Shown here: positions 15,711-25,098 of the stretch, piece after piece
Position numbering within the stretch: position 1 is the first letter of the stretch
How the letters are laid out: every line of letters starts with the position of its first letter
Virus record (IMG/VR): IMGVR_UViG_3300020258_000027
Coordinates: 1-30,111 of that record
Strand: one strand, 5' to 3'
Source: a virus
Lineage: Duplodnaviria > Caudoviricetes
DNA: 30,111 nucleotides
Translations under genes and position numbers: made by a program
The notes under the pieces: model-generated
The model's database searches: none
The model's input: only the letters and a program-made list of their open reading frames with translations
What the model was told of the DNA's origin: nothing

Positions 15711-17049
15711 ATTTATTATTTAATGGTCCGTCATCATTGTTATCAGAATCAAGAATACCTTCTTGAGCTGATTGTTCCACATCATACAATCTCATTTTAC
15801 TTCTGTCAATACCCACAAAAAATCTTTTTGATGCGAATACGTCATTGTATCTATTCTTTAATTGCTTCACCATAATCTGCCCCAGTTGCTCGTCCTCTTC
15901 AGATGAAGAAAGGGCAAACATAAAATCAGCAGTAGCAGGGAGACCAAAGGATTCAGAAGTATCAGTAAGGTCAATATCAGAGCTGCCAAAACCGCTACGA
16001 GTGGTTTGAGTAGCGGAGACGAGTGGCACATTTTGTTCCACTGCAAACCCACGAAGTTCCTCTGCAATGCCTTTGACCAATGTATAGGAATTGGCAAATT
16101 GAGGTTTATATCGCTGCGAAGTACAAATATTAATGTAATCCACAAAGATAATATCGGGTCTAAAGTCTTTCTTAAGAGAAAGATCACTAGTAAGAGACCT
16201 AAAATGTCCAACATGAGCAGATGCAGTAGGATATTCTTTAATTATAAGATCTCCAGGAGTTTTAGATCTCAGTGCAGTGACCTTACTATCAAAGGTTTGT
16301 TTTGATGTGTTAGGCAAATCTCTAATATTAATGTCTAACAAGTTAGCATCAATACGTTCTGCAATGCGTTCTTCTGACATTTCACAAGTAATATACAAAA
16401 CATTATTACCCTCCAGCAAAGATGCTGCTGCCATATGACACATACATAAAGACTTACCTACACCAGTTCCTGCGATAATAACGTTAAGTGTTTTCTTTGG
16501 CATTCCACCTTTAGTAATCTTGTTAAACATATCAAGATCAAATGGAACCCTTTCCTCTACTCTATTATAGAATTCATACCGATCATCAGTATCATTCATA
16601 TAATCATGTCCAATTCTATTATCGAAGGATACTGAGATAGCATCCTTTAGAATTGGGATAATGGCACCAAACTCTTTATCACTCTCTTCGCCTTGAGCAA
16701 TTGAAATACTCTCAAAAAGAGAAAGAAACACTGCTCTCTTTTGACACCACTCTTCAGAAGTTTTAATTAACCAATCATAATCAACATCTTGAATTTGAAT
16801 TTTTTGTATTAGAGACAACGTATTGGAATACAAAGTCTCAGATATGTTTCTTACGTTTTGACAATCAACGGTTAAACTTTCTTTCGTGGGAACAGTTTGG
16901 TACTTGTTTACAAAATTACAAAACAATGTAAACAACAATCTATTCGATTCATCTTCAAAATATTCAATTTTAAGATTAGGGTATGCTATTATCCGAAATC
17001 GTTCATTGTAAATTAAATTACATATAATTGTAAATTCAATGTTTGTCAT
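15688..17049 (-). CDS. gp41: T4-like replicative DNA helicase
   Basis: AGTGVGKS, EMSEE, IKEYPT, VDYINI, ATQTTR, SESFGLPATAD, QLKNRY. Confidence 0.97.
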   Translation of the reverse strand: MTNIEFTIICNLIYNERFRIIAYPNLKIEYFEDESNRLLFTLFCNFVNKYQTVPTKESLTVDCQNVRNISETLYSNTLSLIQKIQIQDVDYDWLIKTSEEWCQKRAVFLSLFESISIAQGEESDKEFGAIIPILKDAISVSFDNRIGHDYMNDTDDRYEFYNRVEERVPFDLDMFNKITKGGMPKKTLNVIIAGTGVGKSLCMCHMAAASLLEGNNVLYITCEMSEERIAERIDANLLDINIRDLPNTSKQTFDSKVTALRSKTPGDLIIKEYPTASAHVGHFRSLTSDLSLKKDFRPDIIFVDYINICTSQRYKPQFANSYTLVKGIAEELRGFAVEQNVPLVSATQTTRSGFGSSDIDLTDTSESFGLPATADFMFALSSSEEDEQLGQIMVKQLKNRYNDVFASKRFFVGIDRSKMRLYDVEQSAQEGILDSDNNDDGPLNNKFGGFTCE

Positions 17050-17052
17050 AAA

Positions 17053-18051
17053 TTAAGATTTTAGTTTGAACTCTTGACCTGCTGCCCAATCAATTTTTTC
17101 CAATACTTCCGGAGTATAGAATTTTTCAGGGTTCTTTAAAATATCACTGCCGTAGTATTTTTTCCCATCAATTACATATCGAGTACTTTCTTTGACGAAG
17201 ATCTCATACTTTTCTGCAAGTTCAAGAAGACCGTAATACCTATCAAGACCACGTTCATCAAAAAATAAACGTGTAGGTGCAACAATTGTCTCTTTAGTAA
17301 ATCGAGACTTGTTCATCTTTGCTTTGATGATACCACCAACTACTTCAGTTCCATCTTTTTCCTTTGATTTAGAAAGATGTATGATTGTAGATGCAGCGTA
17401 CTTAAGTCCTGTACCTCCACCCATATCAGTTTTTTCCCCATATGGATTCATCGTAGTGTAAGTATGATTAGTAACAATAAAAGGAACTTTAAGTTTACCT
17501 AATTTACCAGTAACTAATCTGAAAATAGATTTAACAATTTGTGCTTTTGTCATATCACGAACTTGCTTATCATCTAAGGCATCAGTTAGTTCTTTTGCAG
17601 ATGGAAGCATACCTAAAGAATCAAGAATAATCATAAGAGGTTTACGCTCTTTCTCTTTCATCTTAAGCATATTGTCCAGTATGCGAATAATTTGACTACG
17701 AAACTCTTCAAGAGTATCTACGGGAAAAATATAAACTCTATCTGAATCAAAACCACGATCTACAAACATATCTTTAGAAGTTGCAGACTCAGTATCAAAG
17801 TAAAATACTGCACCATCTTTATTAGATTCAAGAAAATTCTTTGCTATCTCCATAGCATAATAAGTCTTTCCCGTAGATTGTTCACCAGCAAGACCAGTAA
17901 TTCTATTCTCTGGTATTCCTCCATAAATACTGCCACTCACAACAGCATTGAGGATATAAGATCCAGTGTCAATATATCCTTGACCTGATTCAAGTTTTGC
18001 GACTACTTTCATGTAGTCATTCTTTGCTTCTTTTGCTAATGCTTCAAACAT
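17053..18051 (-). CDS. uvsX: RecA-like recombinase
   Basis: DTGSY, GEQSTGKT, FDTE, LDSLG, TNHTY, MGGGTG, KSRF. Start moved to MFEAL at 18051. Confidence 0.97.
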   Translation of the reverse strand: MFEALAKEAKNDYMKVVAKLESGQGYIDTGSYILNAVVSGSIYGGIPENRITGLAGEQSTGKTYYAMEIAKNFLESNKDGAVFYFDTESATSKDMFVDRGFDSDRVYIFPVDTLEEFRSQIIRILDNMLKMKEKERKPLMIILDSLGMLPSAKELTDALDDKQVRDMTKAQIVKSIFRLVTGKLGKLKVPFIVTNHTYTTMNPYGEKTDMGGGTGLKYAASTIIHLSKSKEKDGTEVVGGIIKAKMNKSRFTKETIVAPTRLFFDERGLDRYYGLLELAEKYEIFVKESTRYVIDGKKYYGSDILKNPEKFYTPEVLEKIDWAAGQEFKLKS

Positions 18052-18053
18052 AG

Positions 18054-20561
18054 TTATGCGAATAAAAAGTCTAGTGATGCTGTTCTTTCTCCCTGCCAAC
18101 CAACAAGATCAAGAATGGTCTTTAATGGTTCTAAAAAACATTTATTAAATTGCAATTTATAATCTATATGATTATAAATCTCAACTTCTTCTGGAAACTC
18201 AGAGAGAAAGGCGAATACATTGTGTCCAAGTTTATTTGGAGTTTTTATGTAAATATATTTTATTTTATCTCCTTCTTGAATGTACGGATACTTGTGATAT
18301 AATTTATTCTTTTTAATTGAAAAATTATACAAAAGTGATGCTCTTACATGAATCGGACAACTTTTTTTGCAAAGAGTAACAGAATCTTTCCACTTTGTCA
18401 ACCCCCTAACACTCCTTGGGTAAGATATATCTTCTATAGGGAGATTAGAAAAGTTTTTACGAAAATCTTCAACCAATTGCAAAAGTTCTTCTTCAGTTCC
18501 ATCTACAATCACCTGGTACGCCTCTTTCAATTTAATTCTAGAAGCATTTGGAGTTGAAGATTTTACAGATTCAAGTCCCATAACTTTTAATTTGGGAGTG
18601 CTAAGAATGGTAGATTCATTAGCACGAACATTAAGAAGATATCTTTTCTTTGCAGTCCAAATACCTTTGTCTGCAATGTTCTCTCGCTTCATAATCATCT
18701 TCTGTTCATACGCCGATAGATACGAAGCAAGTTCCTCATAAGATTTCTTGATGAATGGTTCCAATTTTTCTTGAGCAACCTTATCAAGTATCTTAGTGAT
18801 TGCTGTTTTATCGTTAGACTTAGGACTAAGAAATTTATGAACAAGAGGTCCAAGATTAAGATAGATTGAGTCGGTATCGACAGCGATGACATAATCGACA
18901 TCTTCAGTTTCCAATAGGTTATTTAGGTAACCATTTATCTTATTCTCAATCCAACGAATAGAAACTTGCCCAGAAAGAGTAATTGCTTCAGCATTTATAA
19001 GTTTATAATAACGAAAGTATTGATTTCCAATAGCACCATAAGCAGAATTAAGTTGAATTTTTCTTGCCATTTGGAAGTTATTCCATTTGGTAATTTCTTT
19101 TTCTAACTCTGGAGTTGGATTCTTATCATACTCTGCCTCTGCCAAAAGCATACGCTTCTTATACATCTTACGTTCTTTGTAGATTTTATCCATTAATTCT
19201 GGAAGAAATCCACGAAAGTCTTTTCTATACTGTGCTCCATTTGGACAGACACATGTATCACCCTCAATGGTAATGTCCTCATTAAGAATACGTTCTACTG
19301 TTGCTTTTGGATGTCTTGACGGAAGTAAAGTTTCCGGCGAGATGTTGTATTGCATAATGAGGTGAGGGTATAGGGAGTTGAGATCAAAATTGACCACCCA
19401 TTCATAAAGACCCGGAATAGGGTATTTAACGAAAGCACCTTCATATTTTCTGTCCTTGTCTGCTCTTTCATTTGGAGGAATAGCAATATTTCTTTTAGTA
19501 AGTTCGTTGTAAATAATTTGATCCCACATACGAACTTGATAATAAACATCCGTATAATTTACTTTAGCATCATATGCAAGTGTCAATGCAAGATCAATCA
19601 GTTTCATCTTATCTTCCAACCGGTCAACAAGTTCTACGTCATGAATATTATAAGTAACGAATTTCTGCCAATCTTGAGTATAGAATTCTCGAAAAGTTGC
19701 AAACTCAGAGTGATCAAGTTTCTTCTGTCCAAGTTCTACCTCAGCAATATAATCTAGAGCATATGTTGGTTGAGTTTTATATGTAAATTTTTTATATAGA
19801 TCCAAATAATCTAGAATACTAACTCCAATTATATCGTATTTGATATAATTACGACCCATCATTTCTACTTCTTTTTCATAAGCACGATTCCATGGAGACA
19901 AAGATTTGGAATGCTTTTCAGAAAGTACTCGTTCAACTCTCCTATAAATGTATGGAACGTCAAATAGATCTACATTCCATCCAGTAAGAATGTCAGGAGT
20001 ATTCTCTGCCCACCAAGAAAGAAAATCTTGAAGCATTTCAGTTTCTTTCCAGAAGACTCTATACTCTAGGTCATCTCGATTATGCTCATACTCACGAGTT
20101 CCCCATACAATAAACTTTTTAGTGGAAAAATCTTTAATAGATATACACAGAATTTCTTCTGAAGTATCTTCCACTGAAGGAAACCCATTTTCTGCTGTAG
20201 TCTCAATATCAATTGTATAGATTTTAAGAGTAGATCTATCATACTCAATATCATCTTTAAAGTTTTGATTCAAATACTGATACAAAAACTTTTCATTACC
20301 ATAAATTTTAAAATTCTCTATACCTTGATGCCGATCAATAAACTCTTTGGCATCCTTAATGCCACCAAATTCAAATTTTTGAACATTTTTTCCCTCCAAA
20401 GTTTTATACTTACTTTCTTTGGGACTAAGTGCATATAAAACTGGACAAAAGTGTTCTTTATATTGAACCCTTTGCCCATTTTCATACCCAATATAAAATA
20501 TTTTATCTCCACTCAAATAGACATTACTATAGAACTTCTGTTGAGGGTGGGATGACGGCAT
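18054..20561 (-). CDS. gp43: Family B DNA polymerase
   Basis: DIET, GWNVDLFD, YNIHD exonuclease motifs; DLNSLYP, KIQLNSAYG, DTDS, KKRY polymerase motifs. Start uncertain (20561 preferred). Confidence 0.99.
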   Translation of the reverse strand: MPSSHPQQKFYSNVYLSGDKIFYIGYENGQRVQYKEHFCPVLYALSPKESKYKTLEGKNVQKFEFGGIKDAKEFIDRHQGIENFKIYGNEKFLYQYLNQNFKDDIEYDRSTLKIYTIDIETTAENGFPSVEDTSEEILCISIKDFSTKKFIVWGTREYEHNRDDLEYRVFWKETEMLQDFLSWWAENTPDILTGWNVDLFDVPYIYRRVERVLSEKHSKSLSPWNRAYEKEVEMMGRNYIKYDIIGVSILDYLDLYKKFTYKTQPTYALDYIAEVELGQKKLDHSEFATFREFYTQDWQKFVTYNIHDVELVDRLEDKMKLIDLALTLAYDAKVNYTDVYYQVRMWDQIIYNELTKRNIAIPPNERADKDRKYEGAFVKYPIPGLYEWVVNFDLNSLYPHLIMQYNISPETLLPSRHPKATVERILNEDITIEGDTCVCPNGAQYRKDFRGFLPELMDKIYKERKMYKKRMLLAEAEYDKNPTPELEKEITKWNNFQMARKIQLNSAYGAIGNQYFRYYKLINAEAITLSGQVSIRWIENKINGYLNNLLETEDVDYVIAVDTDSIYLNLGPLVHKFLSPKSNDKTAITKILDKVAQEKLEPFIKKSYEELASYLSAYEQKMIMKRENIADKGIWTAKKRYLLNVRANESTILSTPKLKVMGLESVKSSTPNASRIKLKEAYQVIVDGTEEELLQLVEDFRKNFSNLPIEDISYPRSVRGLTKWKDSVTLCKKSCPIHVRASLLYNFSIKKNKLYHKYPYIQEGDKIKYIYIKTPNKLGHNVFAFLSEFPEEVEIYNHIDYKLQFNKCFLEPLKTILDLVGWQGERTASLDFLFA

Positions 20562-20871
20562 CTTCATTAAGGAGTTGGGCAGAGTCTTCATTATCAAATG
20601 TTGGCAATTCAATGTCAGGTTTATCAGGATAAAGTTTTTTATACTTTAATCTGACAGTTTCATCAGGTTCAGCAATAGTAGTTATGCAAGTAGAATAAAG
20701 GAGCAGGAAATCCTGCTCAGTATACTCCGGAAACCTTTTAAGAGCAATACCCTTTCCAGATTTTACAATTTTTAAGGGATTTGCTAAAAATGCCTTTGGT
20801 TCAATTGGAAGTTCGTAAATCCAAGTGATAATGTAAGTACCGTCATTCAGGAGAATTAGTTTCAGTTCCAT
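20527..20871 (-). CDS. Conserved hypothetical protein, possible Sm-like fold (114 aa)
   Basis: LKLILLNDGTYII..P pattern parallels the adjacent ORF. Confidence 0.75.
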   Translation of the reverse strand: MELKLILLNDGTYIITWIYELPIEPKAFLANPLKIVKSGKGIALKRFPEYTEQDFLLLYSTCITTIAEPDETVRLKYKKLYPDKPDIELPTFDNEDSAQLLNEDAVIPPSTEVL

Positions 20872-21253
20872 CTGTTTTTACCTTAGGTTCAGTTGGAGCA
20901 TCCTCATCAGATACTGGGGGATGCTTTGCAGTGTAGTCATTGTAAATATTATCATGGGCATCATAAAGAGTTATGACCCAATCTGCAGGAATGTAAAAAT
21001 CCCTCTGCTTCGACAAAGGTGCCCAATGTTGATATGATACTTGAATCTTTACCCTAGCTTGACCTTCTAAATCATCATCAGGAATAAGTTCATCATCTTC
21101 CTCCTCAGGTTCAACAGGAGTAGTAGTCAACTGCATGGTGTAAGGATTTCTCAAATAGTATGCAACGATACTATTTCCTTCCTTGTCTCTAACTTCTTGA
21201 GCATCTGAGATAACGTCCTCGCCGGACTTCAGTAACATAACTTTAACAGTCAT
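20843..21253 (-). CDS. Conserved hypothetical protein, possible Sm-like fold (136 aa)
   Basis: VKVMLLKSGEDVISD...NPY...WAPLS...IPADWVIT; typical gene between hsp20 and gp43 in cyanomyoviruses. Confidence 0.85.
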   Translation of the reverse strand: MTVKVMLLKSGEDVISDAQEVRDKEGNSIVAYYLRNPYTMQLTTTPVEPEEEDDELIPDDDLEGQARVKIQVSYQHWAPLSKQRDFYIPADWVITLYDAHDNIYNDYTAKHPPVSDEDAPTEPKVKTDGTETNSPE

Positions 21254-21957
21254 AGTGATAAATTCGTATCCTCTAAGTTTCTAATGTGGTTTGAAAGTTT
21301 ATCAAGGTATCCGAGATTGCGTAACTCTTTGAACACTAGGTTCTCAAGTGCAAACTCTCCACCTTGTTGAATTGCAGACGCTCTCATGTCACGAATTCTT
21401 TTTTGAAGTTTACGTAAAACATCAGAATCATCTGCTTCGTTTTCTATGAGATCATCGATCTTTTCTACCATAGCACGAATTTTTCTAAAAAGCAAGGGGT
21501 CGGACAGATTAACCTCTGTCTGTCTTGGTTCCAGAATCCATTCGCCCTTAATGATTGAGTATACTCCCTGGTTTGCAGGAAGTGGATCATTCTCATCTTG
21601 AGCATATAACTCCACAGGATGAGAATAAATCTTAATGTCATGAACTAATGCCCATAGTTTTTTCTTGTCTCTCAGATAATCGTCTAAGAGTTCTGGACAA
21701 TCTGCAATCTTGGATTTGTCCACTACCAAATGCAAATCTAAATCGGAAAATCTTGTGTAGTTGTAATTAGCATTACCACCCACTAAAATCATATCCTTAA
21801 TTGCTTCAAATGGAATCTTTGCAAACTCTGCCCACTTATATCCAATCTGAAGTAATTTTTCCCTAACCTCAGGTCGGAGACTCCTTTCATGCCAGAATTT
21901 TATATTAAGTTTCTTATGATATCTCAGAGTCAACCTGAGAGACTGGAACGATTTCAC
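21250..21957 (-). CDS. Pol-beta-superfamily nucleotidyltransferase
   Basis: LVGGNANYNYTRFSDLDLHLV (hG[GS]x9DhD), third acidic residue in PVELY. GTG start; ATAAATA at 21985-21979. Confidence 0.8.
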   Translation of the reverse strand: MKSFQSLRLTLRYHKKLNIKFWHERSLRPEVREKLLQIGYKWAEFAKIPFEAIKDMILVGGNANYNYTRFSDLDLHLVVDKSKIADCPELLDDYLRDKKKLWALVHDIKIYSHPVELYAQDENDPLPANQGVYSIIKGEWILEPRQTEVNLSDPLLFRKIRAMVEKIDDLIENEADDSDVLRKLQKRIRDMRASAIQQGGEFALENLVFKELRNLGYLDKLSNHIRNLEDTNLSL

Positions 21958-22002
21958 TGTAGTATAGGCACTTTAATTTATTTATCCTTTTAGATAAGAC
22001 AA

Positions 22003-22449
22003 TTATTTAATTTCATATACTTTTAACTTCTGATGATCTGGAACAATTTTGTGGATATTAATTGTCAATAGTCCATTTTCAAAAGTAACTTCACCAATCT
22101 CCTGATCGTCACAAAGATTAATCGTTCTAGTAAAAGTTCTTGTTGCTACTCCTCTATGTACATAATCCACATCAGAAGTATCTTTGGATGATTTTGATTT
22201 AATTGTTAGCACATTAGTTTGGGTAGTAACTTCAATATCATCCTTTGACCATCCTGCAAGAGCAATCTCAAATTTGACGTGCTCGTCATTAACTTTAATT
22301 TTATTATATGGAGGATAAGAATTTTGTGGAGTTCCTACTCCAGCAGAATGAAGTCTGTAAAATAAATCATCATACCCAACACTAGATCTTGTTAGTGAAT
22401 TAAAAATGGCATCAAGATCTTTTGTCGTAAACCTTGTAAGTCCGTTCAT
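22003..22449 (-). CDS. hsp20: Small heat-shock protein
   Basis: YPPYN, EIALAG, YVHRGVATRTF, FENGLLTI; AAGGAG SD; TATAAATA at 22513-22506. Confidence 0.97.
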   Translation of the reverse strand: MNGLTRFTTKDLDAIFNSLTRSSVGYDDLFYRLHSAGVGTPQNSYPPYNKIKVNDEHVKFEIALAGWSKDDIEVTTQTNVLTIKSKSSKDTSDVDYVHRGVATRTFTRTINLCDDQEIGEVTFENGLLTINIHKIVPDHQKLKVYEIK

Positions 22450-22522
22450 TTATATGCTCCTTATTAAGCGAGTTTTATTGTGTGGTCCCCGAAGGCAACC
22501 AATTATATTTATATCAACATAT

Positions 22523-22558
22523 AAAAAAAGAGGTATAGAATAAACCGTACCTCTTTTT
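22523..22558. terminator. Intrinsic terminator hairpin
   Basis: AAAAAAAGAGGTA-12 nt-TACCTCTTTTT, with U-tracts on both strands. Confidence 0.8.
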
Positions 22559-22602
22559 GGGGTGTTCCGACTTTTGTAGAGACCGCACGAAAGTCTCATT
22601 TG

Positions 22603-22622
22603 TATTTATGTCTATATAAATA
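22603..22622. promoter_or_regulatory. Back-to-back divergent late promoters
   Basis: ATAAATA on - (22609-22603) and TATAAATA on + (22615-22622). Confidence 0.7.
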
Positions 22623-22642
22623 TAGTGCATTATAAATCTAAC

Positions 22643-23143
22643 ATGAAAAAAGCATTACTTGCTTTTGGTATGGTTTTGATGAGTGTGTCATCTGCATCAG
22701 CAGGTGGTCTTACAAGTAGATTATCCTCAAGTGTACAACTAACTGTTGATGGTCCAGTAGTATCATCAACCAGATTAGGTTCTTCATATTCTGTATCTGG
22801 TAGTAACGTTTCAGTAACTGCTTTGGGTGGTCTTACTGGTTCTTCTGCTACTGCTCCAGCAACAATTAATGCTGGAACCTACGGTATATCTACTGACGGT
22901 CAGGCATTTAGTTTCGCAGAATCACAATTTGTTGGGGATACTGTAGTAACTGCAGATAGTCTTGGAGCAAACGGACGTTTCGACTCACCAACTCTTTACT
23001 CTGACAATACTATTCAAGCAGGTGGTACTGCTGGCACTCTTGCAGGTACAATTAATACTGCTGGAGTAGTTGAAATAACTGCGGGTGGACCCGGAACTAC
23101 TGCAGTTGGTCAATTTGTTAGTGAAATTACTGTATTTGATTGA
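22643..23143 (+). CDS. Secreted Gly/Ser/Thr-rich beta protein (166 aa)
   Basis: Signal peptide MKKALLAFGMVLMSVSSASA; nearly devoid of basic residues after it. Confidence 0.85.
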   Translation: MKKALLAFGMVLMSVSSASAGGLTSRLSSSVQLTVDGPVVSSTRLGSSYSVSGSNVSVTALGGLTGSSATAPATINAGTYGISTDGQAFSFAESQFVGDTVVTADSLGANGRFDSPTLYSDNTIQAGGTAGTLAGTINTAGVVEITAGGPGTTAVGQFVSEITVFD

Positions 23144-23144
23144 T

Positions 23145-23594
23145 ATGCGTAAACTACAAGAATCAATCGGTTTGGGATTGCTTCTTGGTGTAATTCACGG
23201 TTTGGTACAACCGGTACATTCTGTGCCAGTAGTACCAAATTTTACACAAGGTTCAATGACAAGCCGAACCGAAACGAAAACAAGTATTACCGAAGTTATA
23301 AATTCAATGGATTATAACACTGGATATCAATATTCAGTAACTGGTACTAATGTAAATACTGTTAGTGGAAATATAAATCTTCCACAAACTAAAACAACAA
23401 ACAGCATAGATGGGGTGACATCGACATGGACTGGATTACAAATAGGTTCTCAAGACTGGAAGTTAGTAAATCCTGGGGCAGGGTTTCAGTTCACAGAAAC
23501 CTATCAGGGACCAGGATTAAGCAACCAGACAATAATTCAAAGAGAAACTATAATAGAATCAGCAACAGACACTACAAGTATCTTCTCTCAGTAA
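23145..23594 (+). CDS. Putative secreted Thr-rich protein (149 aa)
   Basis: MRKLQESIGLGLLLGVIHGLVQPVHS signal-like leader; starts 1 nt after the upstream stop. Confidence 0.85.
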   Translation: MRKLQESIGLGLLLGVIHGLVQPVHSVPVVPNFTQGSMTSRTETKTSITEVINSMDYNTGYQYSVTGTNVNTVSGNINLPQTKTTNSIDGVTSTWTGLQIGSQDWKLVNPGAGFQFTETYQGPGLSNQTIIQRETIIESATDTTSIFSQ

Positions 23595-24304
23595 TTGGTT
23601 ACGGTTTATTATCAGCGACTCCTGCGATGGGTAACACTGTGGGCGGTGTTAGCGCCACCGCTAACCCTGTTGCTAATTCTTCAGGTAGTGTTACTAATCA
23701 AGCAATACAAGTTTTACAGGGTCCATACATCACAAACACTTATGGTGGTGGGATCCAGTGTCAGGGACCAACTTTAAATTTCACCCCATATGTAACAGGC
23801 AGTGTTTCTTCTGCTAGACCATATGAACCTTACTACGATGATCCAGTTTATGATGTAACTGATAATTTTGGTGCTTTTGATGAAAATGGAAATGCAATAG
23901 GAGATGGCATTTTAGATAATCCAGGTGACGTAGTTTTCTTTAAACGTACACGAACTGGACAGAAGGATAATTATAATGTATCAGTAGGATTTTCTGCCAC
24001 TTGGTCTAAACCCATGGATAGTAAATTACAAGATGAATGTAAACGAGCGGCAGCAACTCAGATTGCATTACAAGAACAACTGACTGCAAATAAGAGATTA
24101 GACTTTGAGCTTGCCAGACTCAAGAATTGTGGAAATTTAATGAAAGAAGGAATTATGTTCCGTCCAGGATCAGAAATGTCAAAAATTTGTTCTGATGTTT
24201 TAGTGATGAATAAAAATTATATTGCGCCACATAGACATTCTATTCCTGCTCCTACCTCCTCAAATCCCTCTGCAACTGGCGTCTCTCAGCAACCGAAAGA
24301 ATAA
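23426..24304 (+). CDS. Putative envelope protein (292 aa)
   Basis: Internal signal-like segment YLLSVIGYGLLSATPAMG, amphipathic strands, four Cys. Start uncertain. Confidence 0.8.
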   Translation: MDWITNRFSRLEVSKSWGRVSVHRNLSGTRIKQPDNNSKRNYNRISNRHYKYLLSVIGYGLLSATPAMGNTVGGVSATANPVANSSGSVTNQAIQVLQGPYITNTYGGGIQCQGPTLNFTPYVTGSVSSARPYEPYYDDPVYDVTDNFGAFDENGNAIGDGILDNPGDVVFFKRTRTGQKDNYNVSVGFSATWSKPMDSKLQDECKRAAATQIALQEQLTANKRLDFELARLKNCGNLMKEGIMFRPGSEMSKICSDVLVMNKNYIAPHRHSIPAPTSSNPSATGVSQQPKE

Positions 24305-24905
24305 CATCCTCCTTTCCCATGTTTTTTTGGACCTTTTGAATTATTTTTTTCACAGCAGGTTTGATTAATTTTAATAAAAATTCTGCAAGTGGTTTACCAA
24401 AAACTGCTGCTGCAGCTGCTGCTGTTGCAATAGTAACCGTCGTACTAACTTCTTGTGCTGATGGTAAATATTCTTCTACAAATGATAACTCTTCTTCAAC
24501 TTCAACTGGTTCTTCAGTCACTGTTACTACAGGAGGACCAGGTAATTTTTGATTAAGTAAGTCTGAAGTTTTAGGTACTGGGGGTGTAGTCTCCTCTAAC
24601 TTAGGCATTGCCTCTGGAGGACCAGTAAGTATTAATTGATTTGGTTCGTAGTTTAATGGATCAAAAGATGGTAATTGTCCGTCACAAAAAACAACATTAC
24701 CATTAGGATCATCATCAATTAATCCAGGACCATTAGGATTTACCTCAACACATCCGGGAATATTAACAATCGGAGAACCTATAGTGACCGTTACTGGTGG
24801 AGAATTAGTTATTATAGGTTCAGGTAAACCTGTAAATACACTTCTAACAGGAGGGATAGTTATATCCCTTATAGGTTTAATATTTACATCACCAATATCA
24901 GGCAT
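24252..24905 (-). CDS. Pro-rich protein with C-terminal membrane anchor (217 aa)
   Basis: Cys pair (PGCVE..FCDG), Pro/Glu linker, TVTIATAAAAAAVFG segment, basic tail. Confidence 0.85.
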   Translation of the reverse strand: MPDIGDVNIKPIRDITIPPVRSVFTGLPEPIITNSPPVTVTIGSPIVNIPGCVEVNPNGPGLIDDDPNGNVVFCDGQLPSFDPLNYEPNQLILTGPPEAMPKLEETTPPVPKTSDLLNQKLPGPPVVTVTEEPVEVEEELSFVEEYLPSAQEVSTTVTIATAAAAAAVFGKPLAEFLLKLIKPAVKKIIQKVQKNMGKEDVILSVAERRQLQRDLRR

Positions 24906-25048
24906 CAGTCTTTAAAAATATTAGAAATTGCAGTGAATAAGTGAAAAAATATCACATAAAGAAAAAATTTATCTTGATTATCTTTCGCAGTTTGTTTTTT
25001 TGATTTTTGATATACAGTCTTTGACTTTTGATATGCAGTTCTTGACAT
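24905..25048 (-). CDS. Small membrane protein (47 aa)
   Basis: MSRTAYQKSKTVYQKSKKQTAKDNQDKFFLYVIFFHLFTAISNIFKD*. GGAG SD; TGATG-coupled to the next gene; imperfect 21-nt tandem duplication. Confidence 0.75.
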   Translation of the reverse strand: MSRTAYQKSKTVYQKSKKQTAKDNQDKFFLYVIFFHLFTAISNIFKD

Positions 25049-25098
25049 TACAAACTCCAGTTTATTCATACTATATAACATTCTAACAATCGTTATTT

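Noticed and set aside
6147-20561. Inteins or group I introns in nrdB, nrdA, gp61, gp41, uvsX or gp43
   Set aside because: All are continuous ORFs of ordinary length with no splicing motifs seen.
6116-20632. Numerous alternative-frame and + strand ORFs nested in core genes
   Set aside because: No recognisable motifs or expression signals; expected shadows of codon bias.
24998-25039. 21-nt tandem repeat as a functional repeat element
   Set aside because: Only two imperfect in-frame copies; a simple local duplication in a small ORF.
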